Source: Microgenomates group bacterium
GTDB lineage: Bacteria > Patescibacteriota > Microgenomatia > Daviesbacterales > UBA10151
Direction of reading: 5' to 3'
DNA length: 64,000 nucleotides
NCBI GenBank assembly: GCA_041659805.1
Contig: JBAZXP010000001.1
Location: 576,589-640,588, forward strand
Part shown: in pieces, positions 10,547-20,290 of the stretch
Numbering within the stretch: the first letter of the stretch is position 1
Layout of the letters: each line of letters begins with the position of its first letter
Position numbers and translations under genes: made by a program
The notes under the pieces: generated by a model
Database searches by the model: none
What the model was told of the DNA's origin: nothing
The model's input: only the letters and a program-made list of their open reading frames with translations

Positions 10547-11842
10547 ATGGCGAAAAATGATTTTAAAGTAAAAGACCTGAAGCTTGCTAAATGGGGGCGG
10601 ATGGAAATAACCTTGGCAGAGAAAGAAATGCCGGGACTTATGAGTTTAAGACAAGAATTTGGTAAATCCAAACCACTTAAAGGCGCGAGGGTTGCAGGCT
10701 CATTGCATATGACAATCCAGACCGCTGTTTTGATTGAAACTTTACAGGCGCTTGGAGCAGAAGTCCGTTGGTCGTCCTGCAACATTTTTTCAACACAAGA
10801 TCATGCAGCTGCTGCCATTGCCGCCAAAAATACTCCTGTTTTTGCCTGGAAAGGTGAAACTGAAAAAGAATATTGGTGGTGTATTGAGGAGTCTCTTAAA
10901 TTTTCAAAAGGAAAAGGTCCCAATATGCTGCTTGATGATGGAGGAGATTTAACCGGTTATGTTCATAATGAGCATCCGGAACTTCTACAAGATATCAAAG
11001 GTGTTTCTGAAGAAACTACTACTGGTGTTCATCACCTTTATCAAATGTTGAAAGAAGAAAAATTAAAAATTCCTGCAATTAATGTAAACGATAGTGTGAC
11101 TAAATCTAAATTTGATAATCTTTATGGTTGTCGAGAATCTTTGACAGACGGAATCAAAAGGGCAACAGATATAATGCTTGCAGGAAAACAGGCTGTTGTT
11201 GCAGGTTATGGTGATGTTGGTAAAGGGAGTGCAGAATCACTCAGAGCTTTTGGTTGCCGTGTTATGGTGACAGAAATTGATCCGATCTGTGCGCTCCAGG
11301 CTTTGATGGCAGGATTCAGTGTTGTTACCATGGAACAAGCCTTAAAAGAAGCTGATATATTTGTTACAGCAACAGGTTGTAAAGATATTATTACTCTTGA
11401 ACATATGTTGAAAATGAAAGATACGGCAATCGTTTGTAACATTGGTCATTTTGATGTTGAGATACAAATAGAAAGGTTAAATAATTACCCTAAAATAAAG
11501 AAGGAAGAAATAAAACCACAGGTAGATCTATACACTTTTCCGGATGGGCACAGGATCATTGTTTTAGCGGAAGGAAGGTTAGTCAATTTAGGATGTGCTA
11601 CAGGTCATCCCTCTTTTGTAATGTCTAATTCTTTTACTAATCAGGTTTTGGCACAGATTGAACTTTATACAAAAGAATACGAGATTGGTGTTTACCGTCT
11701 TCCGAAACACTTGGATGAGAAAGTGGCAAGCTTGCATGTTGAACAACTGGGAGGGAAATTAACAAAATTGAATACAGATCAGTCAGAATATTTAAATATA
11801 CCTAAATCAGGGCCTTTTAAAGCAGACCACTACCGTTATTAG
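10547..11842 (+). CDS. ahcY: Adenosylhomocysteinase (S-adenosyl-L-homocysteine hydrolase)
   Basis: 431 aa. N-terminal [12 protein letters not shown] and LMSLRQEF motifs. NAD-binding [11 protein letters not shown]. Full-length colinear resemblance to SAHH. Confidence 0.9.
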   Translation: MAKNDFKVKDLKLAKWGRMEITLAEKEMPGLMSLRQEFGKSKPLKGARVAGSLHMTIQTAVLIETLQALGAEVRWSSCNIFSTQDHAAAAIAAKNTPVFAWKGETEKEYWWCIEESLKFSKGKGPNMLLDDGGDLTGYVHNEHPELLQDIKGVSEETTTGVHHLYQMLKEEKLKIPAINVNDSVTKSKFDNLYGCRESLTDGIKRATDIMLAGKQAVVAGYGDVGKGSAESLRAFGCRVMVTEIDPICALQALMAGFSVVTMEQALKEADIFVTATGCKDIITLEHMLKMKDTAIVCNIGHFDVEIQIERLNNYPKIKKEEIKPQVDLYTFPDGHRIIVLAEGRLVNLGCATGHPSFVMSNSFTNQVLAQIELYTKEYEIGVYRLPKHLDEKVASLHVEQLGGKLTKLNTDQSEYLNIPKSGPFKADHYRY

Positions 11843-11892
11843 AATTGTTACTTCTTCTATATAAATTCGATTAAAAAGATTAAAATCATTAT

Positions 11893-13026
11893 ATGAGGGT
11901 AATTAAGTTTATATTTTTTTCATTCATTCTTTTTTGGCTATGCCTGTTTTCTATTTTAATTATCAGTCGTGATGTTATTAATTATAGACAAGGGCAAGAG
12001 TTTACTAATATTTTGCATACAACTTCGGAATCAATTTTAAGCTTGTCACCTCTTTATCCCTGGGCAAATTTCGACGGCGTTCATTATCTGGCAATTGCGA
12101 AATATGGATATACGACTGATGCGGGATTTTTTCCTTTATATCCGGTAATGATTAATGTGCTCAGTTATTTAATCGGCGATTATTTTTTATCCGGATTAAT
12201 TCTTTCGAATTTATTTTTTATATCAGGACTGATAATTTTTTACAAATTAATCAGGTTGGATTTTACTAAAGAAGTTTCCTATCAATCAGTAATATTTTTA
12301 TTGATTTTTCCTACTGCTTTTTTCTTTTCTGCTATTTATAGTGAAAGCCTCTTCTTCTTATTGCTGATTCTGTCCTTCTATTTTGCCAGAAAGAGAATGT
12401 GGTTTTGTGCTGCGCTTTCAGGAATATTTTTATCTGCAACAAGGATAGTAGGAGTCTTAATATTACCCGCTTTGATGTGGGAATTTTATGCACTGGAAAA
12501 AGATAATATTAGAACAAATCTTAAAAAGTTTATTCCATTATTACTTGTTCCATTTGGGTTATTTTCATATATGTTTTTTAATTTTATGAATTGGGGAAAT
12601 CCTCTTTACTTTATTAAAGCACAAGGGATGTTGAGTAATAATCGGAGTGTGGATCAAATTATACTTTTTCCACAAACGTTATTCAGATATTTTAAGATCA
12701 TTACAACTGTTTCGTATCAGCAATTTGAATGGTGGATCGCCTTACTCGAGATATGTATAACTTTGTTGGTTCTATGTTTATTGTTTATTACGTATAAACA
12801 AAAAGTTAGGGTTTCATATATAATTTTTAGCCTTTTCGCACTACTGGTGCCCTTATCAACTGGCACATTAAGTGGTGTGCCGCGTTATGTTTTGGTCGCG
12901 TTCCCGGTATTTATTTCGATTGCTTTAATGAAAAACCAGTTATTTAAAATAGTTTATAGCATAGCAAGCGTATTTTTGTTAATAATATTATGGATGTTGT
13001 TTTCTAAAGGATACTATGTGGCTTAA
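11893..13026 (+). CDS. Polytopic membrane protein, possible GT-C/mannosyltransferase-like
   Basis: 377 aa, ~9-10 hydrophobic helices. First loop contains NFDGVHYLAIAKYGY, an acidic/aromatic loop as in GT-C enzymes. Not verified. Confidence 0.4.
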   Translation: MRVIKFIFFSFILFWLCLFSILIISRDVINYRQGQEFTNILHTTSESILSLSPLYPWANFDGVHYLAIAKYGYTTDAGFFPLYPVMINVLSYLIGDYFLSGLILSNLFFISGLIIFYKLIRLDFTKEVSYQSVIFLLIFPTAFFFSAIYSESLFFLLLILSFYFARKRMWFCAALSGIFLSATRIVGVLILPALMWEFYALEKDNIRTNLKKFIPLLLVPFGLFSYMFFNFMNWGNPLYFIKAQGMLSNNRSVDQIILFPQTLFRYFKIITTVSYQQFEWWIALLEICITLLVLCLLFITYKQKVRVSYIIFSLFALLVPLSTGTLSGVPRYVLVAFPVFISIALMKNQLFKIVYSIASVFLLIILWMLFSKGYYVA

Positions 13027-14422
13027 CAAAATTAGTATTTTATCGGTTATTCTGTTGGCAGCTTTTTTTCGATTAATTAGTTTAAATCAAAGTTTATGGT
13101 GGGATGAAGCTATTAATGTAGTCTATGCCAGACAAAGCGACCTATGGTGGTTTATTACAAAATATCCTCTTGGTGATTTTCATCCGCCGGGTTGGTTTTT
13201 TATTCTTTGGGTATGGGGTCATCTTTTCGGATGGTCAGAAGTTTCTGTAAGAATGCCCTCAGTTCTTTTAGGTATTGGAACAGTATATATAACGTATTTA
13301 ATTGCAAAGGAATTATTTTCAAGGAAGGTAGGACTTTTGGCGGCACTTATGCTTAGTTTGGCACCTTTGCATATATATTATTCGCAGGAAGCAAGAATGT
13401 ATGCTCTTAGTGCCTTTGCTGTGTCTCTTTCAATATATAGTCTGATCAGGCTATTAAGGAACGATAGATATAGTCTTTTAATTTATTTATTGTCCTCAGC
13501 TCTGGTTTTGTATTCAGATTATGTAGCATACTTTATTTTTCCCACTCAATTAATATATGTATTTTTATTTCAAAAACAATATATAAAAACAATATTACTT
13601 TCTTTGGGGTTAAGTGTAATGCTTTTTTCTCCCTGGTTATTTATATTTCCGAATCAACTTACAGCAGGGCAAAATACTGCAATTTTAATTCCCGGGTGGA
13701 AAGAAGTGGTTGGGGGGTCTTCCTTAAAAGAACTGGTGCTCTTGCCGGTAAAAACTTTAATGGGGAGGGTTAGTTTAGAAAACAGCCTATTATACTTATT
13801 GTTAATAGCGGTTCTTGCAAGCCCTTTTTTGTTTGTGTTTACTAATGTTAAAAAAGTTTTTGATAATAAATATTATTTGATTCTATTTTGGTTGATTTTT
13901 ACACCTGTTTTAGTGTGGATATTTTCTTATATCGTTCCTGTTTTTTCATATTTTCGTCTTTTGTATATTTTACCTGCTTTTTACATTGCAGCTGCTGTTT
14001 GTTTAGTTAAATTTTCTAACAGTTATTTTAAGATGCTTTTAGGTTTAATATTATTTTTTGAATTATCTGTCAGTTGTTTATATCTTTTTGATAATAATTT
14101 TCAAAGAGAAGACTGGAGAGGGGCAATTGATATAGTTACACAAAATATAGATAAACAAACACTGGTAGTTTTCGAAAATACTGAAATCCCTGCTGCAGCA
14201 AAATATTACAGCAATAACCTGACTAATTTTGAACCCGGTCTTGCAGATGATTTCGAAAGCAAATTCTTAAATGTAAGAAAAGTATATTTATTCGAATATC
14301 TTGCCGATGTTTATGATCCGGAAAGATCGATTGAGCAAAAAATTAAAGGTATGAATTTTATTGAAATTAATACATATAACTTTATCGGAGTGGGGTTTGT
14401 AAGGGTTTATACAAAGATGTAG
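13016..14422 (+). CDS. GT-C family glycosyltransferase (PMT/ArnT-like, GT39/GT83-like)
   Basis: First extracytoplasmic loop SLWWDEAINVVYAR resembles the DE/DD catalytic loop of PMT/ArnT enzymes. ~11 TM helices plus a C-terminal soluble domain. 11-nt overlap with the upstream gene. Confidence 0.55.
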   Translation: MWLNKISILSVILLAAFFRLISLNQSLWWDEAINVVYARQSDLWWFITKYPLGDFHPPGWFFILWVWGHLFGWSEVSVRMPSVLLGIGTVYITYLIAKELFSRKVGLLAALMLSLAPLHIYYSQEARMYALSAFAVSLSIYSLIRLLRNDRYSLLIYLLSSALVLYSDYVAYFIFPTQLIYVFLFQKQYIKTILLSLGLSVMLFSPWLFIFPNQLTAGQNTAILIPGWKEVVGGSSLKELVLLPVKTLMGRVSLENSLLYLLLIAVLASPFLFVFTNVKKVFDNKYYLILFWLIFTPVLVWIFSYIVPVFSYFRLLYILPAFYIAAAVCLVKFSNSYFKMLLGLILFFELSVSCLYLFDNNFQREDWRGAIDIVTQNIDKQTLVVFENTEIPAAAKYYSNNLTNFEPGLADDFESKFLNVRKVYLFEYLADVYDPERSIEQKIKGMNFIEINTYNFIGVGFVRVYTKM

Positions 14423-14431
14423 ACTAAGGAA

Positions 14432-15982
14432 ATGAAAATTTTTAAAGTAATAATTTTTATACTTATAGCTTTCAATATTCTATTGGCTTCCCGTTGGGCG
14501 CTGGACGGTAATCTTTTTTTCCATACTGATATTGCCAGGGATTTTTTATTGATTGAAGATATTGTCAATAACAAGCCCGTAACCTTAATAGGACCAAGAT
14601 CAGGAGCCATACCCGGTGTTTTTCATGGGCCGTTATGGCTTTATTTAAATGTTCCTGCTTTTATCGTAGGTAATGGCAATCCTGCAGTTATTGCTTGGTT
14701 TTGGGTAGGACTTTATTTGACTAGCTTATATTTTATTTATTATGTCGGTAAAAAAATATTTGATGAAAAAACCGGTTTATTAAGCAGTTTGATGCTCTCA
14801 TCAGTTACTGTCTTACAAGTAAGAACTCTTTTTAATCCTTATGGAGCACTGCTTTTACTCCCATTATTTTTATATTTCTTAATAAATTATTTGCAGGACA
14901 AAAATGTAAAAGTTTTAATCTTATCTTTATTAATTCTGGGCTTGATAATTCAATTTCAAATGGCTTTTGGGGTACCTATTTTAGCAATAACTTTTATTTA
15001 TCTTTGTTACTTTTTTTGGCAATCAAAAAGATTGAAAGATGCATTTGCTTTTTTTGTTCTGCTAATTCCGTTATCGACGTTTATATTATTTGATATCCGA
15101 AATAATTTTTTACAAATTAGATCGGTTATTAATTATCTAACAGGTGCAGAAAACCATGGAAAAATAGATCTAAACCTTATCCAACTATTAAATCTACGTT
15201 TTCAGGAAAGTATTTTAGGGGGATTAGGGGAAATTACTTTACATCTGGATGTTTTAACAATTTTTCTTGCAATATTTCTTCTATTTGCATTTTTAAAATT
15301 AAAAAATCAGAAAAAAATATTGCCTATTTATAAATTATTTATCTTTTTTTACTGTGGTTTTTGGCTGCTAACATTTTTATTTAAAGGACCGATTTGGAAT
15401 TATTATTATATTCCTTTTATCCCACTGATAATTTTGGTTTTCTGTTCTTTGTATAAACTTTTAGATCAGAGAATTTTTTATAGTCTTTTTATTTTGATAC
15501 TTATTTTTAATTTTCAAACAAATTTTAAAGACTTATTAAATTATAATCCGGATGCCTCAACACAGGATGTAAGCACCTGGAAATTTAATTATCTTGTAGC
15601 AGAAAATGCTTTCGGAGGAAAGAAAAATGAATTTGGTTATTATATATTTACTCCGGATTTATATGGTTATTCACCAAGGTATGCGATGAACTATTACCAA
15701 AAGATTTCTAAAGATAAAACGTCTTTTCCTTATAATAAGAAGGCAGTGACATATTTACTGATTGCTCCTCCTCCGGAATATGGTAAAGATCCGAGTAGTC
15801 TTTGGTATCAGAAAAATATTAACAGTGATTCATGGAAAAATAATGATGTTAGGATTAATAGAAAAGCAGATGAAACAAGAGGTTTTCCGAATGGCTTTAG
15901 AATTGAAAAATATAACCTGAATGAAAATGAAATAAAAATTCAAGCAAATCAATTTCTGATTCAATCTATATTCTTTAGATGA
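14432..15982 (+). CDS. Polytopic membrane protein, GT-C-like
   Basis: 516 aa. First loop FHTDIARDFLLIEDIV (acidic loop). Many TM helices and a C-terminal ~130-aa hydrophilic domain. Confidence 0.4.
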   Translation: MKIFKVIIFILIAFNILLASRWALDGNLFFHTDIARDFLLIEDIVNNKPVTLIGPRSGAIPGVFHGPLWLYLNVPAFIVGNGNPAVIAWFWVGLYLTSLYFIYYVGKKIFDEKTGLLSSLMLSSVTVLQVRTLFNPYGALLLLPLFLYFLINYLQDKNVKVLILSLLILGLIIQFQMAFGVPILAITFIYLCYFFWQSKRLKDAFAFFVLLIPLSTFILFDIRNNFLQIRSVINYLTGAENHGKIDLNLIQLLNLRFQESILGGLGEITLHLDVLTIFLAIFLLFAFLKLKNQKKILPIYKLFIFFYCGFWLLTFLFKGPIWNYYYIPFIPLIILVFCSLYKLLDQRIFYSLFILILIFNFQTNFKDLLNYNPDASTQDVSTWKFNYLVAENAFGGKKNEFGYYIFTPDLYGYSPRYAMNYYQKISKDKTSFPYNKKAVTYLLIAPPPEYGKDPSSLWYQKNINSDSWKNNDVRINRKADETRGFPNGFRIEKYNLNENEIKIQANQFLIQSIFFR

Positions 15983-15983
15983 T

Positions 15984-17840
15984 ATGTTTAAAAAAATAAT
16001 TGTAGGGTTATTTTTGTTTTTTTGTTTTTCTTTTTTTACCCCGTCAAATATTTATGCTCAACAAGTAAATACTGATTGTCCTAACAGGTATTTAACACTT
16101 ATTAATCCTGTAAGATCCAGATCTCTTTGGGTAGATAAAACTTTGAAACCAATTCAAGATCAATATGGTTTAATAGAAAGTAATAATTTTCCTGCCACTT
16201 GGCTTTTACAAAATGACGTTTTGTTTGATGGAGAACTGATAAATGAAATCAAAAGTTTTAACACAAACCAGGAAAAGGGATTATTCTTGGAAGTCTCAGA
16301 GCAATTAGCAAATAAAGCCAGGGTCGCTTATCCGCCTTTTACTCCCTGGTACGATCCTAAAACAGTATTTTTGTCCGGCTATTCTCAATCTGAGAGACGT
16401 CTTTTAATAGACCGTATGTTCAAAGATTTTTATCAGACTTTCGGATATTATCCTAAATCTGTCGGTGCGTGGTGGATTGATTCTTATTCTCTGCAATATA
16501 TGAAAGAGAAGTATCAAGTTAAAACTGCAATGATCGTAGCTGACCAAAAAACCACAGACAGCTATGGGGTGTGGGGTCAATGGTGGGGAGTGCCGTATTA
16601 TCCGTCAATTGCAAATATTTTAACTCCTGCAAGTGCTAAGGATAATAAACAGGATGTTGTCGTAATTCAATGGGCACAAAGAGATTTGCTTTTAGCCTAC
16701 GGAGAAGGTCCGAAGTCATCGAATTTTTCTCTACAGGCAAATGATTATATTAGCCTTGGTAAAGATACAGATTTTTTTAAAAATTTAGTAAATATTTATC
16801 TTGACTGTAGGAATCCGTTAGGTCAAGTTACAGTAGGGCTAGAGACAGGGATGGAAAGTGTAGGGTCATTATCAGAGTATAAAAATCAATTATTGGCGTT
16901 AAAGGAAATTAGAGGGTTACAGATAGTTAAAATGAGTGATTTTGCTGATAAATTTGCAAAAGTCTACCCACTTTTTCCGGAAAATATAAGCCTTGGAGAT
17001 CCTGTTGTCTGGAATTTAAATACTAAAAACAGAACTAATAATTCTCTTAATGATTTAGTTGGTTATAACCCAAACTTGTCATTTGCTGATTATTTTGTAT
17101 CTGATAAATCTTCTTTTTTAGATCGAAGTTTATTAAAGCTAAAAATAATTCCAAAAACACCCTTCCCCTGGTATTTATTTTTATTGGTAATTTTTGGTAT
17201 AGCTGCATATTTTTTGAAAAAGATTAAATTATATATTTTGACGATACTTTTTATTATTGTTGCTTATGGTTTAATTTTTAGATCATATATGCAATATGGT
17301 TGGGTTATTTACTTTAGTATTGTTGATAAAAACATCGAATTTATTAAGCTGGGATTAATTATATTTTCTTTTGTTTTGATGTGGTTTTTGGATAGATGGA
17401 GTAGTAGGACGCTATTTAGGAACTCGTTGTTTATATACCTAATCCCCTTCATTTTTGGGATAGATCTTGTTTTAGAATCAATTAGATATACTTCAATTTC
17501 AGGAAGACATTATCTTGGAATTATGTTGGATTCTTTAAGGATGCTTGGGTTTTCCTTTAAAGAGCCCTTCAATTTTTCTTTCGTAAATCAAGATTTTCCC
17601 AGTATACAAGTCGTAGCATTATTAAGATTTGATTTTGAAAAAATATGGAATAGTCCCTTTTTTACAGTTATTGTTTTTCCCTTTGCACACATTCTTTTAG
17701 CAGCTATTCTTTCATTACTATTATTGGTTGCTCCTAAGTATATAAAGAAGGCGCTAATAATTATTGTAATTTTACTTTTTATTCTGCAGTTAATACACAT
17801 TTTTCAGTCTGATCCGAGAATAGTAATCCCGATTAGTTAA
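15984..17840 (+). CDS. Secreted-domain/polytopic membrane fusion protein of unknown function
   Basis: Signal-peptide-like N-terminus (MFKKIIVGLFLFFCFSFFTPSNIYAQQ), a ~370-aa Trp/Tyr-rich soluble domain, then ~8 TM helices. ATG start 2 nt after the upstream stop. Confidence 0.4.
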   Translation: MFKKIIVGLFLFFCFSFFTPSNIYAQQVNTDCPNRYLTLINPVRSRSLWVDKTLKPIQDQYGLIESNNFPATWLLQNDVLFDGELINEIKSFNTNQEKGLFLEVSEQLANKARVAYPPFTPWYDPKTVFLSGYSQSERRLLIDRMFKDFYQTFGYYPKSVGAWWIDSYSLQYMKEKYQVKTAMIVADQKTTDSYGVWGQWWGVPYYPSIANILTPASAKDNKQDVVVIQWAQRDLLLAYGEGPKSSNFSLQANDYISLGKDTDFFKNLVNIYLDCRNPLGQVTVGLETGMESVGSLSEYKNQLLALKEIRGLQIVKMSDFADKFAKVYPLFPENISLGDPVVWNLNTKNRTNNSLNDLVGYNPNLSFADYFVSDKSSFLDRSLLKLKIIPKTPFPWYLFLLVIFGIAAYFLKKIKLYILTILFIIVAYGLIFRSYMQYGWVIYFSIVDKNIEFIKLGLIIFSFVLMWFLDRWSSRTLFRNSLFIYLIPFIFGIDLVLESIRYTSISGRHYLGIMLDSLRMLGFSFKEPFNFSFVNQDFPSIQVVALLRFDFEKIWNSPFFTVIVFPFAHILLAAILSLLLLVAPKYIKKALIIIVILLFILQLIHIFQSDPRIVIPIS

Positions 17841-17878
17841 TAATAATTTAATATTATTTGCTACAATGTATATACTTT

Positions 17879-18895
17879 ATGAAGGTAGGTTTTGATATAT
17901 CACAAATCGCACATAACGGGGGAGTTGCCACTTATACTGAGAATCTAACGGATCAGTTATCAAAAATTAAATCTTTAGACATGATTTATTTTTATTCCTC
18001 TTTTAGAAAATCTTATCAGGGGAATTTATCTAATGTTAAAACTTTTAAAATGCCACCAACTCTATTTGAAATATTTTTTAACAGGATAAGGAAAATTCCG
18101 ATTGAAAAATTTATCGGTCCGGTTGATATTTTTCATTCCTCAGATTGGGTTCAACCTCCAACAAATGCCAAGAAAGTCACTACTTACCATGATGTAGTTC
18201 CTTTAAAATACTCACAATGGTCTTCACCTAAAATCGTCGAGGTGCACAAAAGAAGGTTAAAAATTGTTGAAAAAGAGATAGATATGGTAATTGCAGTGTC
18301 AAACTATACAAAAAAAGATTTAATGGAAGTATCCTCCATCCCTGAAGAAAAAATTAAAGTTATATATGAGGCAGCGGGAGCTCAATTTAAACCACAAGAC
18401 AAAGAAAAGACCGAGGCTTTCAGAAATAAGTATGGGTTGCCAGAGGATTATGTTTTGGCAATCGGTGGAATAGGAGAAAGGAGAAATTTAAATAGAGTTA
18501 AGGAAGCTTCACACGGGTTTAATTTAGTAGTTACCGGTGAGACTATCCCTTGGGTTTCAAACGAAGATCTTCCGTTACTATATGCAGGAGCAAAAGTATT
18601 GCTATACCCATCTTTTTATGAGGGCTTCGGTCTTCCTATATTGGAAGCTATGAGTTGCGGAACCCCTGTTATTACTTCCAATAGCTCATCAATGCCGGAA
18701 GTTGGAGGAGAAGCTGCGATTTATATTGATCCTGAAAATATCGAAGAGATGAGTAAAAATTTAAGAATAGTAATGGAAGATCCGCTTTTAAGGCCTGAAC
18801 TCATTAAAAAAGGCTTTGAACAGGCGAAGAAATTTTCCTGGGAAAAGTGTGCTAAAGAAACTTTTGGGGTTTACCAAGATCTTTTGAATAAGTAG
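17879..18895 (+). CDS. GT4 (family 1) glycosyltransferase
   Basis: C-terminal [38 protein letters not shown] retaining GT-B motif. The ATG at 17879 is preferred over the track start at 17858. Confidence 0.8.
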   Translation: MKVGFDISQIAHNGGVATYTENLTDQLSKIKSLDMIYFYSSFRKSYQGNLSNVKTFKMPPTLFEIFFNRIRKIPIEKFIGPVDIFHSSDWVQPPTNAKKVTTYHDVVPLKYSQWSSPKIVEVHKRRLKIVEKEIDMVIAVSNYTKKDLMEVSSIPEEKIKVIYEAAGAQFKPQDKEKTEAFRNKYGLPEDYVLAIGGIGERRNLNRVKEASHGFNLVVTGETIPWVSNEDLPLLYAGAKVLLYPSFYEGFGLPILEAMSCGTPVITSNSSSMPEVGGEAAIYIDPENIEEMSKNLRIVMEDPLLRPELIKKGFEQAKKFSWEKCAKETFGVYQDLLNK

Positions 18896-18906
18896 TACTC
18901 TAAAGC

Positions 18907-20289
18907 TTATTTTCTGATTCTAAAATCAAACAAAGTTCCTGAGAGTTTGTCATTTGATGGTAACTTAAGGCCTTTTAAACGTTTTTGAATGCTGGATTTT
19001 AAAGACAGCGCAGCTTTTAATTTCTCCATAAGCCTCTTTTTTAAACCTTCACCGGAAACTTTACGGCGTAGAGCTTGCGCTTTTTGTGATAATTCTTTAT
19101 GCTCCTTGTTCTCAACAAACATTTTTTCATAAGCTTTAGACATCTCTGCCAATTTTTTTACTCTTTTTTGAAATCCTTTATCTTTATCTATTTCCGCAAG
19201 GTCCATTTCTTTGTGTATTTCTTCTAATTTTTCCAATTCTTCTCTCAACATCATTTGTTTCTCAAGATCAACAGGAATATTTAATCCGCTGGTATTCAGT
19301 TGTGTAAAAGTTTTGCTTTTTGAACGGAAGAGAGTCAACAACTTTCTTTGTTCACTATTTCTATGATAAGTTTCATCTCCCCCATTAAGATGGAGAGTGT
19401 GCAAACTGATACTCCTTGGAATTATTGGCAGGTAATCGGAGCTATCACAATCAGTTATCAGAAGGATTTCAGTTTCAAGTCCGTTCCTTACTCTTTCTTC
19501 GCGCATATCAAAAAGATCCCTAATAGCAACACTAACGGCATTCCCGATGTATGTGCCTGTTCCACTTAACGGGTAGCCTAAGACATTTCTGGCTAGAGGA
19601 CCGAATTGATCAGGTGAAAGACAATCTGTTCTTCCGTGTGCGTCACCTGAAAAAGCACGGAAATATACCTGGGCATCCTCCTCACTGGCTTTTTTGAAAT
19701 AGGCAAGTAAGATTGATTTAGCCACTATCAGTTTATAATTTTCTGCCATGGACATTGAGACATCCATTAAGGCGTAAACTGCCTGTCTTTTAGACATTCC
19801 TTTTACAAGTTTAGGAACAACTTCTTCCAAAGTTTCTGATTTTTCTTCAGTTTGTACTCTTGGTTTTTGTTGCTCGATAATAGGTAGGTTACCGGTAATA
19901 GCTTTATAGGCAAATATATCAGGATTAGTTGTTTTTAGTAGACGGTATGGGGGTAATACCTGAGGTAATTCCCTGAGTGACTGAATGGGCCTGATCTTAA
20001 TTGAGTCAGAGGGAAAATTTGTTTTTTGCTGCCATGTTCTGGTAACGTATCTTTTTTCATAAACAGTTTTTTGATCCCGTTCAAGTAATCCCATAAAATT
20101 TTCCGGAATATCTACCCCAGGGATGGGTTTGCCGTCAAGCAGGTTTCGGGCAATATTTAAGATATGTAAATAGTTATTCGGAAGTTGCTCAAGAGCTACT
20201 TGCATGGAATCAAAGATTCCCCAGGATTTATATAATTCTGTTAGATCTTCTGACTGCGCATAAGGGTTTGATTCATCCTCTTTTGCCAT
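18907..20289 (-). CDS. von Willebrand factor A (VWA) domain protein with C-terminal coiled coil; partner of the MoxR-type ATPase
   Basis: MIDAS residues: DVSMS (DxSxS), SGTGTYIGNA (Thr) and ILLITDCDSSD (Asp). ~150-aa N-terminal domain of unknown function. C-terminal ~110 aa is K/E-rich heptad-like sequence. Start is 2 nt after the MoxR stop. Confidence 0.75.
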   Translation of the reverse strand: MAKEDESNPYAQSEDLTELYKSWGIFDSMQVALEQLPNNYLHILNIARNLLDGKPIPGVDIPENFMGLLERDQKTVYEKRYVTRTWQQKTNFPSDSIKIRPIQSLRELPQVLPPYRLLKTTNPDIFAYKAITGNLPIIEQQKPRVQTEEKSETLEEVVPKLVKGMSKRQAVYALMDVSMSMAENYKLIVAKSILLAYFKKASEEDAQVYFRAFSGDAHGRTDCLSPDQFGPLARNVLGYPLSGTGTYIGNAVSVAIRDLFDMREERVRNGLETEILLITDCDSSDYLPIIPRSISLHTLHLNGGDETYHRNSEQRKLLTLFRSKSKTFTQLNTSGLNIPVDLEKQMMLREELEKLEEIHKEMDLAEIDKDKGFQKRVKKLAEMSKAYEKMFVENKEHKELSQKAQALRRKVSGEGLKKRLMEKLKAALSLKSSIQKRLKGLKLPSNDKLSGTLFDFRIRK

Positions 20290-20290
20290 T

